The position numbers were made by a program, and so were the translations under genes. The notes beneath the pieces were generated by a model, which was given only the letters and a program-made list of their open reading frames with translations, searched no databases and was not told the DNA's origin. Positions 24,030 through 36,048 of a DNA stretch of 64,000 nucleotides are shown here, one piece after another (the stretch's first letter is position 1; the number at the start of each line of letters is the position of its first letter). The DNA is taken from positions 763,644-827,643 of the forward strand of contig NW_004797519.1 of assembly GCF_000002075.1 (NCBI RefSeq), read 5' to 3'. This DNA comes from Aplysia californica (lineage: Eukaryota).

Positions 24030-24397
24030 ACTTACAAATGTTCCTGTCGAGGGCAGAAAAGTGAAAGTCCTTTTTTCTCCTCTCTGTGTTTTGTAATACT
24101 TAAGAATGTTTCCATTGAAGGTTTAGGTCAAAAGGAATCATCTCTTCATTTATGCCCAAATGTTCCTAATGAAGGCTAGGCTGAAAGTAAACCTTTTCTG
24201 CTTTCTGTCCAAATATTCCTGTTGAAGGCTGAGCTGAAACTCGCCTTTTCCTTCTTTCTGCCCACGTATTCCTGTGATGAAAATCAACCTATTCTCCTTT
24301 CTGTCCATGTGTTCCTGACATGAAAATCATCCTTTTATTCATTTGTGTCCAGGTGTTCCCGAGATGAAAATCAACCTTTTCTCCTTTCTGTCTCCAG
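24030..24397. repeat. Degenerate ~45-bp tandem repeat whose last unit forms the PDZ1 exon acceptor
   Basis: gttcct..gatgaaaatcaaccttttctcctttctgtcca units. Confidence 0.65.
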
Positions 24398-25558
24398 AAT
24401 CGTCCCCACCCTACACGAGCCCCGGTTTTCTCAGTTCCGAGTCTCAGATCGGCCGCCAGGTGTTCCAAGTGGTGCTGCACAAAGAAGGTAGCCAGGGCAT
24501 CGGTCTGACCATCGTGGGGGGAGAGGCCACCAACAGCCTGGACCTGGGCATTTTTGTCAAGTCTGTGGCGCCAGGTGGCCCGGCAGAGCGCGACGGACGA
24601 ATCAAATCGGGCGACCGCCTGATTGGAATCAACGGCACCAGCCTGGAGGGCAAGCAGCACCACGAGGCGGTGGCTCTGATCCGAGATGGCGGCGACGCTA
24701 TATCGCTGCTCGTCTCGCAAATCAGGCCCCCGGCCACCATCAAGAGGAGGGAAGAGGGGGTGGCCACGCGAAGAGACGTGGTGGTGGCGGCCTCCGCCAA
24801 TACCCCGGGCCACCGTGGTGAGCCGATTTCCCTTTTCCCCCACAGAGGTGAGACGGCGGTCACCCGGAGTGACTTGAATCTGGTTGGGAACAGGGGTCAG
24901 GCTGAGAGAGTGGGCGACGATTCTTCATATTGGGGCCAACACGTCCCGAGCAGCGCTGCTTTGGACGAGGCTCGCAAGTTTCTGAGATTTGACGATGTTG
25001 TGAATATACCCCATAACCAACTTCATAGTAGTAATGTTAGTGACAACGACGATGTGTGCCATTCTGATGAGGAGAGGAGAATAAGGAGGAGGGGGGGAAG
25101 GTTCCCTTTGGAACCATCATCTACCCCGCCACCACCAGCAACCTCGGAACTTATCTCCACGACCTTGAACATGTCTGCCGATCTGGAGACGTTGTCTCGT
25201 CCAGCAGCGACCTCCACTCGTCCGAGCTCTCCGTCTTCCCGACCCAGGCAGAGCGTGCTGGTGGGGGAGAGGGAGCCTGCTGCTGCGACTATCTCCCCGC
25301 TGACTGTAGACATGGACAGGTTCGAGGAAGACCTTCGGGCTGACCTGGAGCTCAGCTACAGGCTGTCTCATGACACATTGACGCACGACACGCTGACACA
25401 TGACGCACTAACACATGACGCACTGACGCACAAGACACTGACACAGAACCAGTTGTACGAGGCCAAGGCTCTGCCTTCGGACAGGGCAAGGTCTTGGGGG
25501 GAGGAGGGTGGGGAGGGTCTTACGCCGGAGGAACGAGAGGACTTGCAGATCCTGGGAG
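24398..25558 (+). CDS. PTPN13: Large exon: PDZ1 plus long low-complexity linker
   Basis: GIGLTIVGGE...LDLGIFVKSVAPGGPA...GDRL resembles PTPN13 PDZ1; tctccag acceptor, G|gtgagc donor. Confidence 0.9.
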
Positions 25559-25629
25559 GTGAGCTATCCCACACATTGGTTACTTTTTTAAGTCTCTTTT
25601 TCCTATTTTACTCTTTCCCTCTGCAGCTA

Positions 25630-25675
<46 letters not shown>

Positions 25676-26991
25676 TTACTGTTTGTAATAGCCTGGTCAC
25701 TAGTCAGGTTAAACTATAATAACCTGGGCTGTGAAACAGCAAGTGTTTTAACCTGTAATTTGATGTTTTGCAGTTAAGTTTAGCATTTAATTCAAAATAA
25801 TTGATTTGCGACAGTTTAATGGCTGCATGTGTGATCTGCAGCAAAAAATACTGCAGTCTGACCCGCAAAACAGTGCATTTATGTGCGGGAGTGAAAGTAA
25901 AAATGTACCCAAATCAGTTATAAAAATTTCAGAATAGACAGCATTAGTCATGTTATATTCATGAAACGCATGAGACTTTTTCCAACACTTTGGGTGGTTG
26001 GAGGGTGCCAGTGGTAGGTCCTACTTCATTTCTTTCCGATATTCTTTCCATTTGTCTATTTTGCTGGTTCCCTGCATTTAATGACTGTTATTGTTTCAGT
26101 GTGCTTCTTTTTACTTAAAAGAAATGAATTTGGATACTGTGGATGTAGTAACAACTACAACAACAGCAATACAAAGACTGTAGGGCTCCTGTGATTATTC
26201 TCAGGTCACCGCAATTGTGTCTGTCTGCCTACCAGAACTTTTTTGGGGGGCGCTTGAAGAAAATGCACATGTCTGTTTTTTGTGACCAAACCCGTATCTG
26301 ACTTTTTCTTCTATTGGAACTCAAGAGTCATAGCGTTGTAAAAAAACAACCTCATAGCCTTCCATTAAATAAGTCTTTTTTGGTGGAAATAAATAAATTC
26401 ACCCTTATATGAGAGGTGTAACTCTCATTAAACTGAAGATGAATTTCACTTTATTTTTTTATTGTCCAAATTTTGCCCATCAAATTAAATTGCTAATTCC
26501 TTCCAGCCTGACTCAGCCCAGTGACAGAAATATGCACGGTTTAACCCATGAGTGTTTTATGTGATGTGATGTGAGCCAATGGCCTTAAACTTAAACACTG
26601 AATAAACTTATTACTTACTACCTTTTCTTGCTTACACTAAGATGTAAATAACCGTTAATGGGATGTTCTGCTGGTTTTTACTCAAACAAACTAAGCAAAG
26701 TGGGTGGTTGGCAGGTGCTCTGGTGTGGTTTGCTTCTTATTTCCTATCAAACATCTGTCGTCCATATCTCCCCTTCTTCTTTTTTATGTTTGTTACTCTC
26801 TTGTAACAGCTCTAGTCTTCTGGCGCTCATATGACCTTATGCAGTTGCGAGCACCGTAAAACCTCTAGTGAAACGAAACTGAAACAAGACAAACGAACAC
26901 TGAATGACTGTTCTTGTGTCGTTGTGCTTCCTTTTGCTCAAAATGAACTGTAGCAACGAGTAAAAAGAACTGTTTCCTTCTGTTTCTTCAG

Positions 26992-27148
26992 ACATAGCAG
27001 CACTGGAGGCGGATGACTCCTCCTCTGACAGTGACTTCGAAACAGCCGTCAGGAACACCATTGAAGGCACGGGGAAGTCAAGTCCAGGGAAAATTGTCAA
27101 CGCAGTCAGCCCCACTATTGTGAGGCCGTCAGCTGTAGGAATTCCCAG
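26992..27148 (+). CDS. PTPN13: PTPN13-like linker exon (IAALEADDSSSDSDF...)
   Basis: cttcag acceptor, AG|gtactg donor, phases 1->2. Confidence 0.82.
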
Positions 27149-27520
27149 GTACTGTGTACTCTATGTGTCATGACGCTGTGGAATCGGGCATTCATCAATT
27201 TTGGGGCATATGGAGCTATTAGTATCATCTCAAAGCTTGTTCGTTTGTCTTACATTTTGCGGAAAAAACTAACCCATCTATCTTGAATAGAAGTCAAGAT
27301 ATTTGCGATTGAAGGAGGTGGGGGTTGCCTGATATCAGGTTAAATAAGCGAGAAAATAGCCGGATTACATTGTGTCTCAATGTGCTTCTCTTTCCTCAAA
27401 CTCAAAGTCTGTATGATTGTGTCTGTGTACATATATCTGTGCATATATTATTTATGTGTGTATTTCCTTGTCGTAGTTTGAGCTTGTGATTTCTTTTACT
27501 CAGAGTAAACTAAAATTCTT

Positions 27521-27695
27521 GAGTGGTTGGCGGGTACTCTGGTGTGCTTTGCTCCTTCTTTTCTATCAAACATCTGTTGTCCTTATCTCTCCTTTTTTGT
27601 TTGTTTGTTACTCTCTTGTAACACCTCTAATCTCTGGCACTTGTATGACTTAATTATGTTGCAAGTGCCATAAAACTTTTATTAAAACATAAAAC
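27521..27695 (+). mobile_element. Family A copy, 28 nt upstream of an exon
   Basis: Imperfect TSD aaactaaaattctt / aaactaacattttt. Confidence 0.82.
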
Positions 27696-27723
27696 AAACT
27701 AACATTTTTTGTCTTTCTCACAG

Positions 27724-27799
27724 GCGACTGTCTGCCTCCGATGTAGTGTATGAAGTTATTTTAGAGCGACAAGACGATTCTCTTGGAATCCTGACAAGC
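27724..27799 (+). CDS. PTPN13: Second PDZ, part 1 (VYEVILERQDDSLGILTS)
   Basis: SLGI carboxylate-binding loop; cacag acceptor, AGC|gtaagt donor. Confidence 0.88.
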
Positions 27800-28438
27800 G
27801 TAAGTAACCTGGAAACATTCACTCCTGTCTGCTGTCTTCTATACTCAAGCCTGCCCCTTAACTCTTTATCTCCCACTTCTGTTTATGCAAACAAGCAAAC
27901 TGACTCAAGAGTTGAAAGAAGTATTTAACTCGTACTATTTGTGTCACGATGGGGTGAAATCAGGCGCTCGTCGATATTTAGGCATATGGAGTATTTTTAT
28001 CATCTTAAAGCTTATTCATTTGTCTTGCTTTTGCCAAAAGAAATACCCATCTATCTTCTATAGAAGTCGAGATATTTTGGTTTGAAGGAGGTAGGGGGTC
28101 ACCTCGTTTCAAAGGTAAAATTAGCAAGAAAATGGATGCCCAAGTTTGGTGACTTCCAAAGCTTGAGAGTCCTTGGAAAGTAAAAACTTACATTTTTTGT
28201 GCCTTTAATCGTTTTTTTTTTTGGTGGTAAAAATCCACACAGCAATATGTTTTTAAATGGACATGAAAGGTGTTGAGCCAAAAATTTACAAATTCAATGA
28301 AAATTACCAAAGGGGGAAACAATACAGTTTTCTTTGATTTCTTTATTTTGACGAGCGCTTGTTTTCACAACAGATGAATGACATATGATACCAGTAAGTT
28401 ATGTCATTGAACTAATGCCTGTTTTGTCCGTGTGGTAG

Positions 28439-28532
28439 GCTGGCGGTGAGGAAGGCTTCCCGGCGGACGGAGTCTACATCAGAGAGATACTGCCTGGAAG
28501 TGCTGCTGAGATGGGAGGAATTCTGGCTCCAG
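28439..28532 (+). CDS. PTPN13: Second PDZ, part 2 (GVYIREILPGSAAEMGGILAP)
   Basis: PDZ betaC/alphaA pattern; ggtag acceptor, G|gttggt donor. Confidence 0.88.
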
Positions 28533-28552
28533 GTTGGTCACTGTTCACTTGG

Positions 28553-28796
28553 CTACCTCAGAATTACAAAGTTCTGTCTGATACTTTTAGCCGTTTTGAG
28601 TTTCTGAGACCGTGAGTTCAGAAACCATATTTTCTGTCTCCTCTATCGAAATCGTAAGATCATTCAGAGTCATTATCAAGATTTTCAAAGAATTGCTTTC
28701 GGAAAAGCTTGACATGTTGTGAAACTCCACGTTTTTTATGTCAAATTTCTCAAAACTGGGTACTGAGCAGACAGAATTTTGTAATTCAGAGGTAGT
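28553..28796. mobile_element. MITE family D, ~28-bp TIRs (copies ~10171-10417 inverted, ~45932-46350)
   Basis: CTACCTCAGAATTACAAAGTTCTGTCTG ... CAGACAGAATTTTGTAATTCAGAGGTAG; some ends read CACTAC/CGCTAC (possibly CACTA/CMC-like). Confidence 0.78.
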
Positions 28797-29507
28797 CACT
28801 TGTCTTTCTGTGTGTTTGTTCATATGTCATGTTGATGAGTGGTTGGAGGGTGCTCTGGTGTGGTTTGCTCTTGTTTTCCTATCAAATATCTATCAACCTT
28901 CCCTCCTTTTTTGTATTTGTTACCCTCTTGTAGCACCTCTAATCTTCAGCACTTATATGATTAAGTTCATATGTCAGTATGTGTGCGTATAGTTGAAGAG
29001 CTCCATTGGAAGGTCCTTTTCATTTATTTCCCTCTACTTTTTTCTCTCTGTTTCTCGTACTTTTCCTGGCTCTAAATAACCATTATTGTGCGATGTGCTT
29101 CTCTCTCCTCATACTCAAAGTGCGTTTGATTGTGTGCGTGTATGTCTGTGTGTGTGTATCTATGCATCTATATATGTGTGTGGGTGTGTATGACTAACAT
29201 TTTGGACCTTATGTGAACAGTTTACTGAGTGTGTCAAAATAATAAGGTTTCAGTTGTCAGGGGTATTACTTTTTGTCTAGCTATTGCAACGAATTCTTTG
29301 GGGGTTTTTTTTGTGACTATCATATTCTCAGAGGCATCTATCTAAATTTGGGCGGGCAGGGGGTTCCCAGCCAAAGTTTTCAGATTTCCAATAGGTAATG
29401 AAACGCTCTTGCAGTATAGTAACAGACAAGCAAACGTTAGCATCAAATTCAAACTTTTAGCAGATTTCATGACACCCTCCCTACAAAAGGTTATTAAAGT
29501 TCCTTGC

Positions 29508-29682
29508 GTGGGTGGTTGGCGGGTGCTCTGGTGTGGTTTGCTCCTTCTTTCTATCAAACATCTATTGTCTTTATCTACCCTCCTCCTTTTTTGTATTTGT
29601 TACTCTCTTGTAACACCTCTAATCTTCTGCACTTATATGAAATTATTGTGTTGCAAGTGCTGGAAAACTCTTTCTACAACAA
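29508..29682 (+). mobile_element. Family A copy, 27 nt upstream of an exon
   Basis: TSD aaagttccttgc / aaagttccctgc. Confidence 0.86.
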
Positions 29683-29709
29683 AAAGTTCCCTGCCTCTTG
29701 CCTGTCCAG

Positions 29710-29876
29710 GTGACCGACTGCTGGAGGTGGCAGGAGAGAACGTGCTGGACATGAGACCAGAGCAGGTGGGAGTCTTGCTCCGATCTGCCCCACCCTTGTG
29801 CACAGTCAAAGTGGTGCGGTCAGCCACCAGGGACGCTGCCCTCACCGGAGCCGGGAGCTTCGGTCGTTTTGCTGTG
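29710..29876 (+). CDS. PTPN13: Second PDZ, part 3 (GDRLLEVAGENV...TVKVVR)
   Basis: GDRLLEV motif; gtccag acceptor, GTG|gtgagt donor. Confidence 0.9.
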
Positions 29877-30321
29877 GTGAGTCATCAGCTAACCTCTTGA
29901 GTCATCAGGTAACCTCTTGAGTCATCAGATAACCTCTTAGTCATCAGATAACTCTTTGAGTCATCAGATAACCTCTTAGTCATCAGATAACCTTTTGAGA
30001 TAACCTCTTAGTCATCAGATAACCTCTTGAGTCATCAGATAACCTCTTGAGTCATCACATAACTTTTGAGTCATCAAATAACCTCTTGAGTCATCAGATG
30101 ACCTCTTGAGTCATCAGATAACCTCTTAGTCATCAGATAACCTCTTGAGTCATCAGATGACCTCTTGAGTCATCAGATAACCTCTTAGTCATCAGATAAC
30201 CTCTTAGTCATCAGATAACCTCTTAGTCATCAAATAACCTCTTGAGTCATCAGATAACCTCTTAGTCATCAGATAACCTCTGAAACATCAGATAACCTCT
30301 TGAGTCATCAGATAACCTCTT
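29877..30321. repeat. Minisatellite, 19-20 bp unit starting at the donor GT
   Basis: tgagtcatcagataacctct repeats. Confidence 0.92.
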
Positions 30322-31499
30322 GTTTGTTCTTGGACGATTATTGTATGCAGAGCACACCATTGGGTAGCTGAGAGTTATCATTTATATTTGGGTCTAATTT
30401 CTCAACAAAACTAGGTACTGAGCAGACAGCTTTGTAATTCTGAGGCAGTGACTTGTCTTTTTGTATTTTGGTTCATATGTCACGTTGGTGGGTGGTTGGA
30501 GGGTGCTCTGGTGTGGTTTGCTCCTTCTTTCCTATCAAATATCTGTCGACCTTATCTCCCCTGCTTCTTTTTTGTGTTTGTTACGCTCTTGTAACGCCTC
30601 TAAATCTTTCACACTTATATGACCTTATTGTGTTGCAAGTGCCGTAAAACTCGTTTCTATAATTAAAACATCATTTATGTGTGGGAGTAAATGAAAATTT
30701 TTTCCCTTGACAGTCCTTATTTCTACTAATAACTGCTAGTGATTCTGTCTGTAAGTAAGATGAAAAAATTCCTGTTTGTCCATTGTCTCACGCCAACTGT
30801 TCATTTATGAAGTCTATTCTCTGATGTAATGGGTTGTCTCATGTAATCTGTTCGTGTGAGGGGTTGGTGGATGCCACTGGTAGGTCACTGTTCTTCACTT
30901 TCCCTCTGTTGTTTCTGTCTATCAGTCTTTCTTTCTCCCTGCTCAAAAAGATCATTACTGTGTTGATATGCCTCTCTTTACTCAAGCAAACAAACACAGT
31001 CTGTTCTTAGGTGTAATCATGGGTGGTTGGTGGGTGTTCTGGTGTGCTCTTCTCCTTCTTTCCTATCAAACATCTATCATCCTGATCTCTCCCCCTTCTT
31101 TTTTGTGTTTGTTACTCTCTTGTAACACCTCTTTAGTCTATGGCACTTATATGACCATATTCTGTAGCAGGTGCCGTAAAACTCTTACTAAAACTAAAAC
31201 TTATGTGTAATCAGATGTCTTAATGGGTCTGTTCTCTTGAGTAATCAGTCATCTTATTTAATCTGTTCTCAAGTGTAAAGAGTAATGCCATCAAGCCTCT
31301 TCATAAGATGCAGTTAGTTATCTTATTTAATTTGTGCAAGTACCGTAAAACTCTTACTGAAACTAAAACAAAGTCAATCATCTTGTTTAGTCTATTGTGA
31401 TGAAATATGTTGTCTGATCTAGTCTGTTCTCTGACGTAAAATTTCCAAAATTGACCTTGTGGATCAATGTTTATATTATCTTAATCAATAATGTCTCTT

Positions 31500-32125
31500 C
31501 TAGCCTGTTCTCTGATGTGTGTAATCAGTAGTCTCATCTAGTCTGTTCTCTGTTGTATGTTATCGGGTGTCTTTTGTAGTCTGTTCTCTGATGTATGTTA
31601 TCATTGTCTTTTGTAGTCTGTTCTCTGATGTATGTTATCAGTTGTTTTTTTGTAGTCTGTTCTCTGATGTATGTTATCAGTTGTCTTTTGTAGTCTGTTC
31701 TCTGATGTATGTTATCAGTTGTTTTTTTGTAGTCTGTTCTCTGATGTATGTTATCAGTTGTCTTTTGTAGTCTGTTCTCTGATGTATGTTATCAGTTGTT
31801 TTTTTTTGTAGTCTGTTCTCTGATGTATGTTATCAGTTGTTTTTTTGTAGTCTGTTCTCTGATGTATGTTATCAGTTGTCTTTTGTAGTCTGTTCTCTGA
31901 TGTATGTTATCAGTTGTCTTTTGTAGTCTGTTCTCTGATGTATGTTATCAGTTGTTTTTTTGTAGTCTGTTCTCTGATGTATGTTATCAGTTGTCTTTTG
32001 TAGTCTGTTCTCTGATGTATGTTATCAGTTGTCTTTTGTAGTCTGTTCTCTGATGTATGTTATCAGTTGTCTTTTGTAGTCTGTTCTCTGATGTGTGTAA
32101 TCAATTGTCTTATCTAGTCTGTTCT
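31500..32125. repeat. Minisatellite, ~38-bp unit
   Basis: tagtctgttctctgatgtatgttatcagttgtcttttg. Confidence 0.92.
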
Positions 32126-32526
32126 GTGTGGGTGGTTGGCAGGTGCTCTGATGTGGTTTGCTTCTTCTTTCCTATCAAACATCTATCGTCCTTATCTCCC
32201 CTTCTTCTTTTTTATGTTTGTTACTCTCTTGCAACACCTCTAATCTTCTGGCGCTCATATGACCTTATGTTGTTGCGAGTGCCGTAAAACCTCTACTAAA
32301 ACTAAAATTAAACTAAACTAGTCTGTTCTCCAATGTGAAATTTCTAAAATAGCCCTTGTGGAACAATGAGGTTTATATTATCTTAGTCACTTGTCCTATT
32401 TATGTTCTCCGATATATGTAATCAGACTTATCTAATAATAAATAAATAGCATTTATAGCGCATATACTCCCTCAACAGCAAGGTCTGTGCGTTTTACAGT
32501 CTAGTCTTTTCCTTTACAGTTGTTTT

Positions 32527-32686
32527 GTGGGTGGTTGGCGGGTGCTCTGGTGTGGTTTGCTCCTTCTTTTTTACCAAACATCTATCGTCCTGATCTCTCC
32601 TCCTTTTTTTGTATTTGTTACTCTCTTGTAACACCTCTAATCTTCGGCACTTATATGATCGTATTGTAGGACTCTTACAAAAACTT
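32527..32686 (+). mobile_element. Family A copy, 37 nt upstream of an exon
   Basis: TSD agttgtttt. Confidence 0.8.
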
Positions 32687-32723
32687 AGTTGTTTTTTATT
32701 CTCTTACTGCCCTCCCTGCACAG

Positions 32724-33881
32724 AACACTTCGCTGCGAGACAGAGCATCGCAAGGTACAGCGCTAGAGGGCACGGGTGGCTCCCCCAGCACGGGTGTGTG
32801 GGACCTGGCCCGGGTGAGCTCGATCCGTCCCTTGGTGGCCTCTGCCCCGAAAGAGAGGAGCCAGCCGCTGGGAGAGAACCTGAACATCGTCCCCCCTCCC
32901 CCGCCCCCACCCCCTGCCTTCTCTCTGGGAGAGTCGGAGTCCAATACGCAGAGTGATGTTGACTCGGACGTTCTGGACAGTTCGCGATCCGAGCTGGACA
33001 GCGTGTACCCCACCACTCATTTGTTGAAGGCAGGGGAGCCCCGACACGCTGATGTGAAAGGGTTCGAAGGGCTTGTCTTAGAGGAGGGAAAACAAGGCAT
33101 GGTAGATGGTAAAGCTCCTAGGGATGGTGTGGGAGTCATGAGGAGAAGTCCAACAGGTGGGAAAGAGGAAGGAAAGGAGAAATATAAGGAGAGAGACACA
33201 GAAAAATCCAAGGAGAGAAAAATGGAGAGAGACAAGGAGAGAGCCAAAGAGACAAGGATGGAGAAAGACAAGGAAAGAGAGAGAGATGAGGAGAGAGCCA
33301 AGGAGAAAAGAACAGAGAGGGACAAGGAAAGAGAGAGAGACACTGAGAGAGCCAAGGAGAAAGAGGAGTGGGTTGTTGGGAGGGGTAAAAAGTCCTCTGA
33401 TGGTGGGACTTCTGCCAAAGCTGCTGCCGATGTTGATGATGATGATGATGATGCTGTCTCCAGTAGCATGGGTTTCTCGGAGCACCTGGCCGTACTTCAG
33501 ACAGAGCTAGACGCCCACCTCAGGGCAGAGCTCCCCTCCAGTGGCCGGTCATCCACCGACTCTTTGGTCATCAAGTCATCACAGAAATCTTTGGCCAAGC
33601 CGCCGCGGAAATTCGGGGAGGATCAGAAGAAAACAGTCCAGAGGCAGACCAGGCTAGACGGTGAGGCTCAGGAAGTCGCTGAGAGGTGGGACGTCCAGCC
33701 CGTGGACCGAGTCCAGCTCAAAGAGGATGCTGATGGTGGTCAAGGAGGCGATGCTGCGGTCAGTGTGGCTCGAGGGGAGGAGGGGAGGACAGATCCTGAG
33801 GCCACAGACGTACCAGAGAGGGAACGGAGGCAGGAGGGTCAGACGTCTAGTGAACAGTCGCTGGATCCTTTTGAACCTGAG
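32724..33881 (+). CDS. PTPN13: Large low-complexity exon (polyP, KE/RE-rich repeats, polyD)
   Basis: 1158-nt open frame, cacag acceptor, GAG|gtgtgt donor, phase 0->0. Confidence 0.82.
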
Positions 33882-33929
33882 GTGTGTTGGTTGTGGTCAC
33901 TTATGTGTGGTTACTGATGTACTACCCCC

Positions 33930-34250
33930 AGTGACACGAAAATCCAGTGTCATAGATACAGTTTCTGAAATGAAAAATCTAATGTTATAAATACAGTTGC
34001 TGACACGATAATCTAATGTTATAAATACAGTTTCTAATATGAAAAATCTAATGTTATAAAAACCGTTTCTGACATGATCATCTAATGTTATAAATACAGT
34101 TGCTGAAAGAAAAATCTAATGTTATAAATACAGTCACTGACATGATAATCTAATGTTATAAATACAGCGGCTGAAATGAAAAATCTAATGTTATAAATAC
34201 TGTTGCGACATGAAAATCTATTGTTATGGAGAGGGCTGCACTTGAAAATC
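33930..34250. repeat. Minisatellite, ~35-bp unit filling a short intron
   Basis: aatctaatgttataaatacagttgctgacatg. Confidence 0.85.
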
Positions 34251-34289
34251 CAATACGTTGTGGTCATTGTAATTTTTTAATTTCCTCAG

Positions 34290-34439
34290 TTGTTCAAAAT
34301 CTCCCTGGATAAACAAGGGAAGACGTTTGGATTCACAGTTGCAGGTGGCATGACCACTGGTGGGTGTTACATCAAACAGTTGGTGGCAGAGCCAGCGGTC
34401 AGTGACGGACGGCTGCGGCCAGGGGATAAGATTGTCCAG
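34290..34439 (+). CDS. PTPN13: Third PDZ, part 1 (FGFTVAGG...GCYIKQ...PAVSDGRLRPGDKIVQ)
   Basis: PDZ motifs; cctcag acceptor, CAG|gtgagg donor. Confidence 0.93.
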
Positions 34440-34598
34440 GTGAGGTTATTGGAGTGTTGTAGGGGTCAGAGGTAACCAACCGTTTAAGTGATTTACTAAC
34501 TCTATATTTATTAAAGCAAATCAAGTTGAAGACAAGTCAAGTATATCTTTAAAAAAGTGAACAATATACGTAGTCGTGGTAGGATTCATGTGACTTAA

Positions 34599-34921
34599 CC
34601 CTTTGAGCCCTAACCTCCTGAGGCTACGGTGCCCCTCTGCCTGAGCTCCTGAGCGATATATTACTAACATTCATGTGATCATCAGAATCTCTTTCAATAT
34701 CCCACTCAGGGTAGTCTTCCTCATTACCAGCATCTAATTCAGACAGATCCTCTATATAATCAATAACATCCTGTGTAGTAAACACAGTTTCTCGTGCACA
34801 TTTGTCTCAATCGGGCTGGTTTGGGGAAAAGGTCTCGCTCATCGCTGTACCAGTGGCTAGGCGTATGGGCAGTTTTACTTTTTACACGTCACTGGTGTGC
34901 TGGTGGCTAGGGCTCAAAGGA
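34599..34921. mobile_element. piggyBac-like MITE
   Basis: TTAA-CCCTTTGAGCCCTA ... TAGGGCTCAAAGGA-TTAA. Confidence 0.75.
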
Positions 34922-35400
34922 TTAACCTGTTTTTTATTTGATCCTGAAGATAAGAAGGCAGAGGCCAGTACTGCTGTGGAGAGGAGGATGGTTTTGGGAA
35001 TACAAAAAGGAAGCCGAAAATCTGGCATCCTTGCAGGAAAGAACAGAAGAACATTCAACCAGATATGTACTGTGGGTGGTTGGCGGGCGCTCTGGTGTGG
35101 TTTGCTCCTTCTTTCCTACAGAAAACTATCGTCCTTATCTCCCCTTCTTCTTTTTTATGTTTGTTACTCTCTTGTAACGCCTCTAATCTTCTGGCTCTCA
35201 TATGACCTTATGCAGTTGCGAGTGCCGTAAAACACTTATTAAAACTAACTAAGATATGCAGTGGCACAATCAGTAGAAAGACCCCCAGCAGCATTTTGGA
35301 GAAAGCAACGAAGCATCAATGCACATATCCAGAATGCAGGGATGTTGCTTCCTGAAACAATCGTTTGATCCGTTTAACTAACTCAACTTACTGTCACCAG

Positions 35401-35538
35401 GTAAATGGACAAGACACGACCACGCTGAGCCACTTTGAGGCTGTCTGTCTGCTGAGAAAGATTCCCGATACTGTCACGCTGCACCTGTTGAGGTATCCCA
35501 GCTCTTTAGAGACACAGGAGCGGCTGAGAAAACTTCAG
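35401..35538 (+). CDS. PTPN13: Third PDZ, part 2 (VNGQDTTTLSHFEAVCLLR...)
   Basis: VNG...SHxEAV motif; caccag acceptor, CAG|gtaggc donor. Confidence 0.92.
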
Positions 35539-35874
35539 GTAGGCATCAGCTCAAGTATAGGTGTCTGTCTGTTTGTCTGTCNNNNNNNNNNNNNNNNNNN
35601 NNNNNNNNNNNNNNNNNNNNNNNNNNNNNNNNNNNNNNNNNNNNNNNNNNNNNNNNNNNNNNNNNNNNNNNNNNNNNNNNNNNNNNNNNNNNNNNNNNNN
35701 NNNNNNNNNNNNNCAGCGTCATGGGCATATGTGTGTGTGCCTGTGTCTCTCACACTTTTTTCAATTTCACTTTTACTGCACAGTGGGTAATGTATTTGCC
35801 CTGACCAGTTCATCAGTGACTGTGTTGTGTGTGTGTGTGCGCACACGCGCCTCTCTGATGAGATATATTTTACT

Positions 35875-35942
35875 CTCTCCGTCTCTCTCTTTTTTTCTCT
35901 TTCATTTTCCCTCTCTCTCTCTCACTTCCTTTCTCTCTCTCT

Positions 35943-36014
<72 letters not shown>
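35875..36014. repeat. (CT)n microsatellite; others at 38100-38580, (CA)n at 25631-25673 and 51700-51775, (TG)n at 4060-4105
   Basis: Direct observation. Confidence 0.95.
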
Positions 36015-36017
<3 letters not shown>

Positions 36018-36048
36018 ACCTTCTCACTTTCTCACTTACAACCCACAG

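Noticed and set aside
24818-24845. 28-nt micro-intron gtgagc...cacag
   Set aside because: Too short for typical spliceosomal introns, and removing it would frameshift the long ORF.
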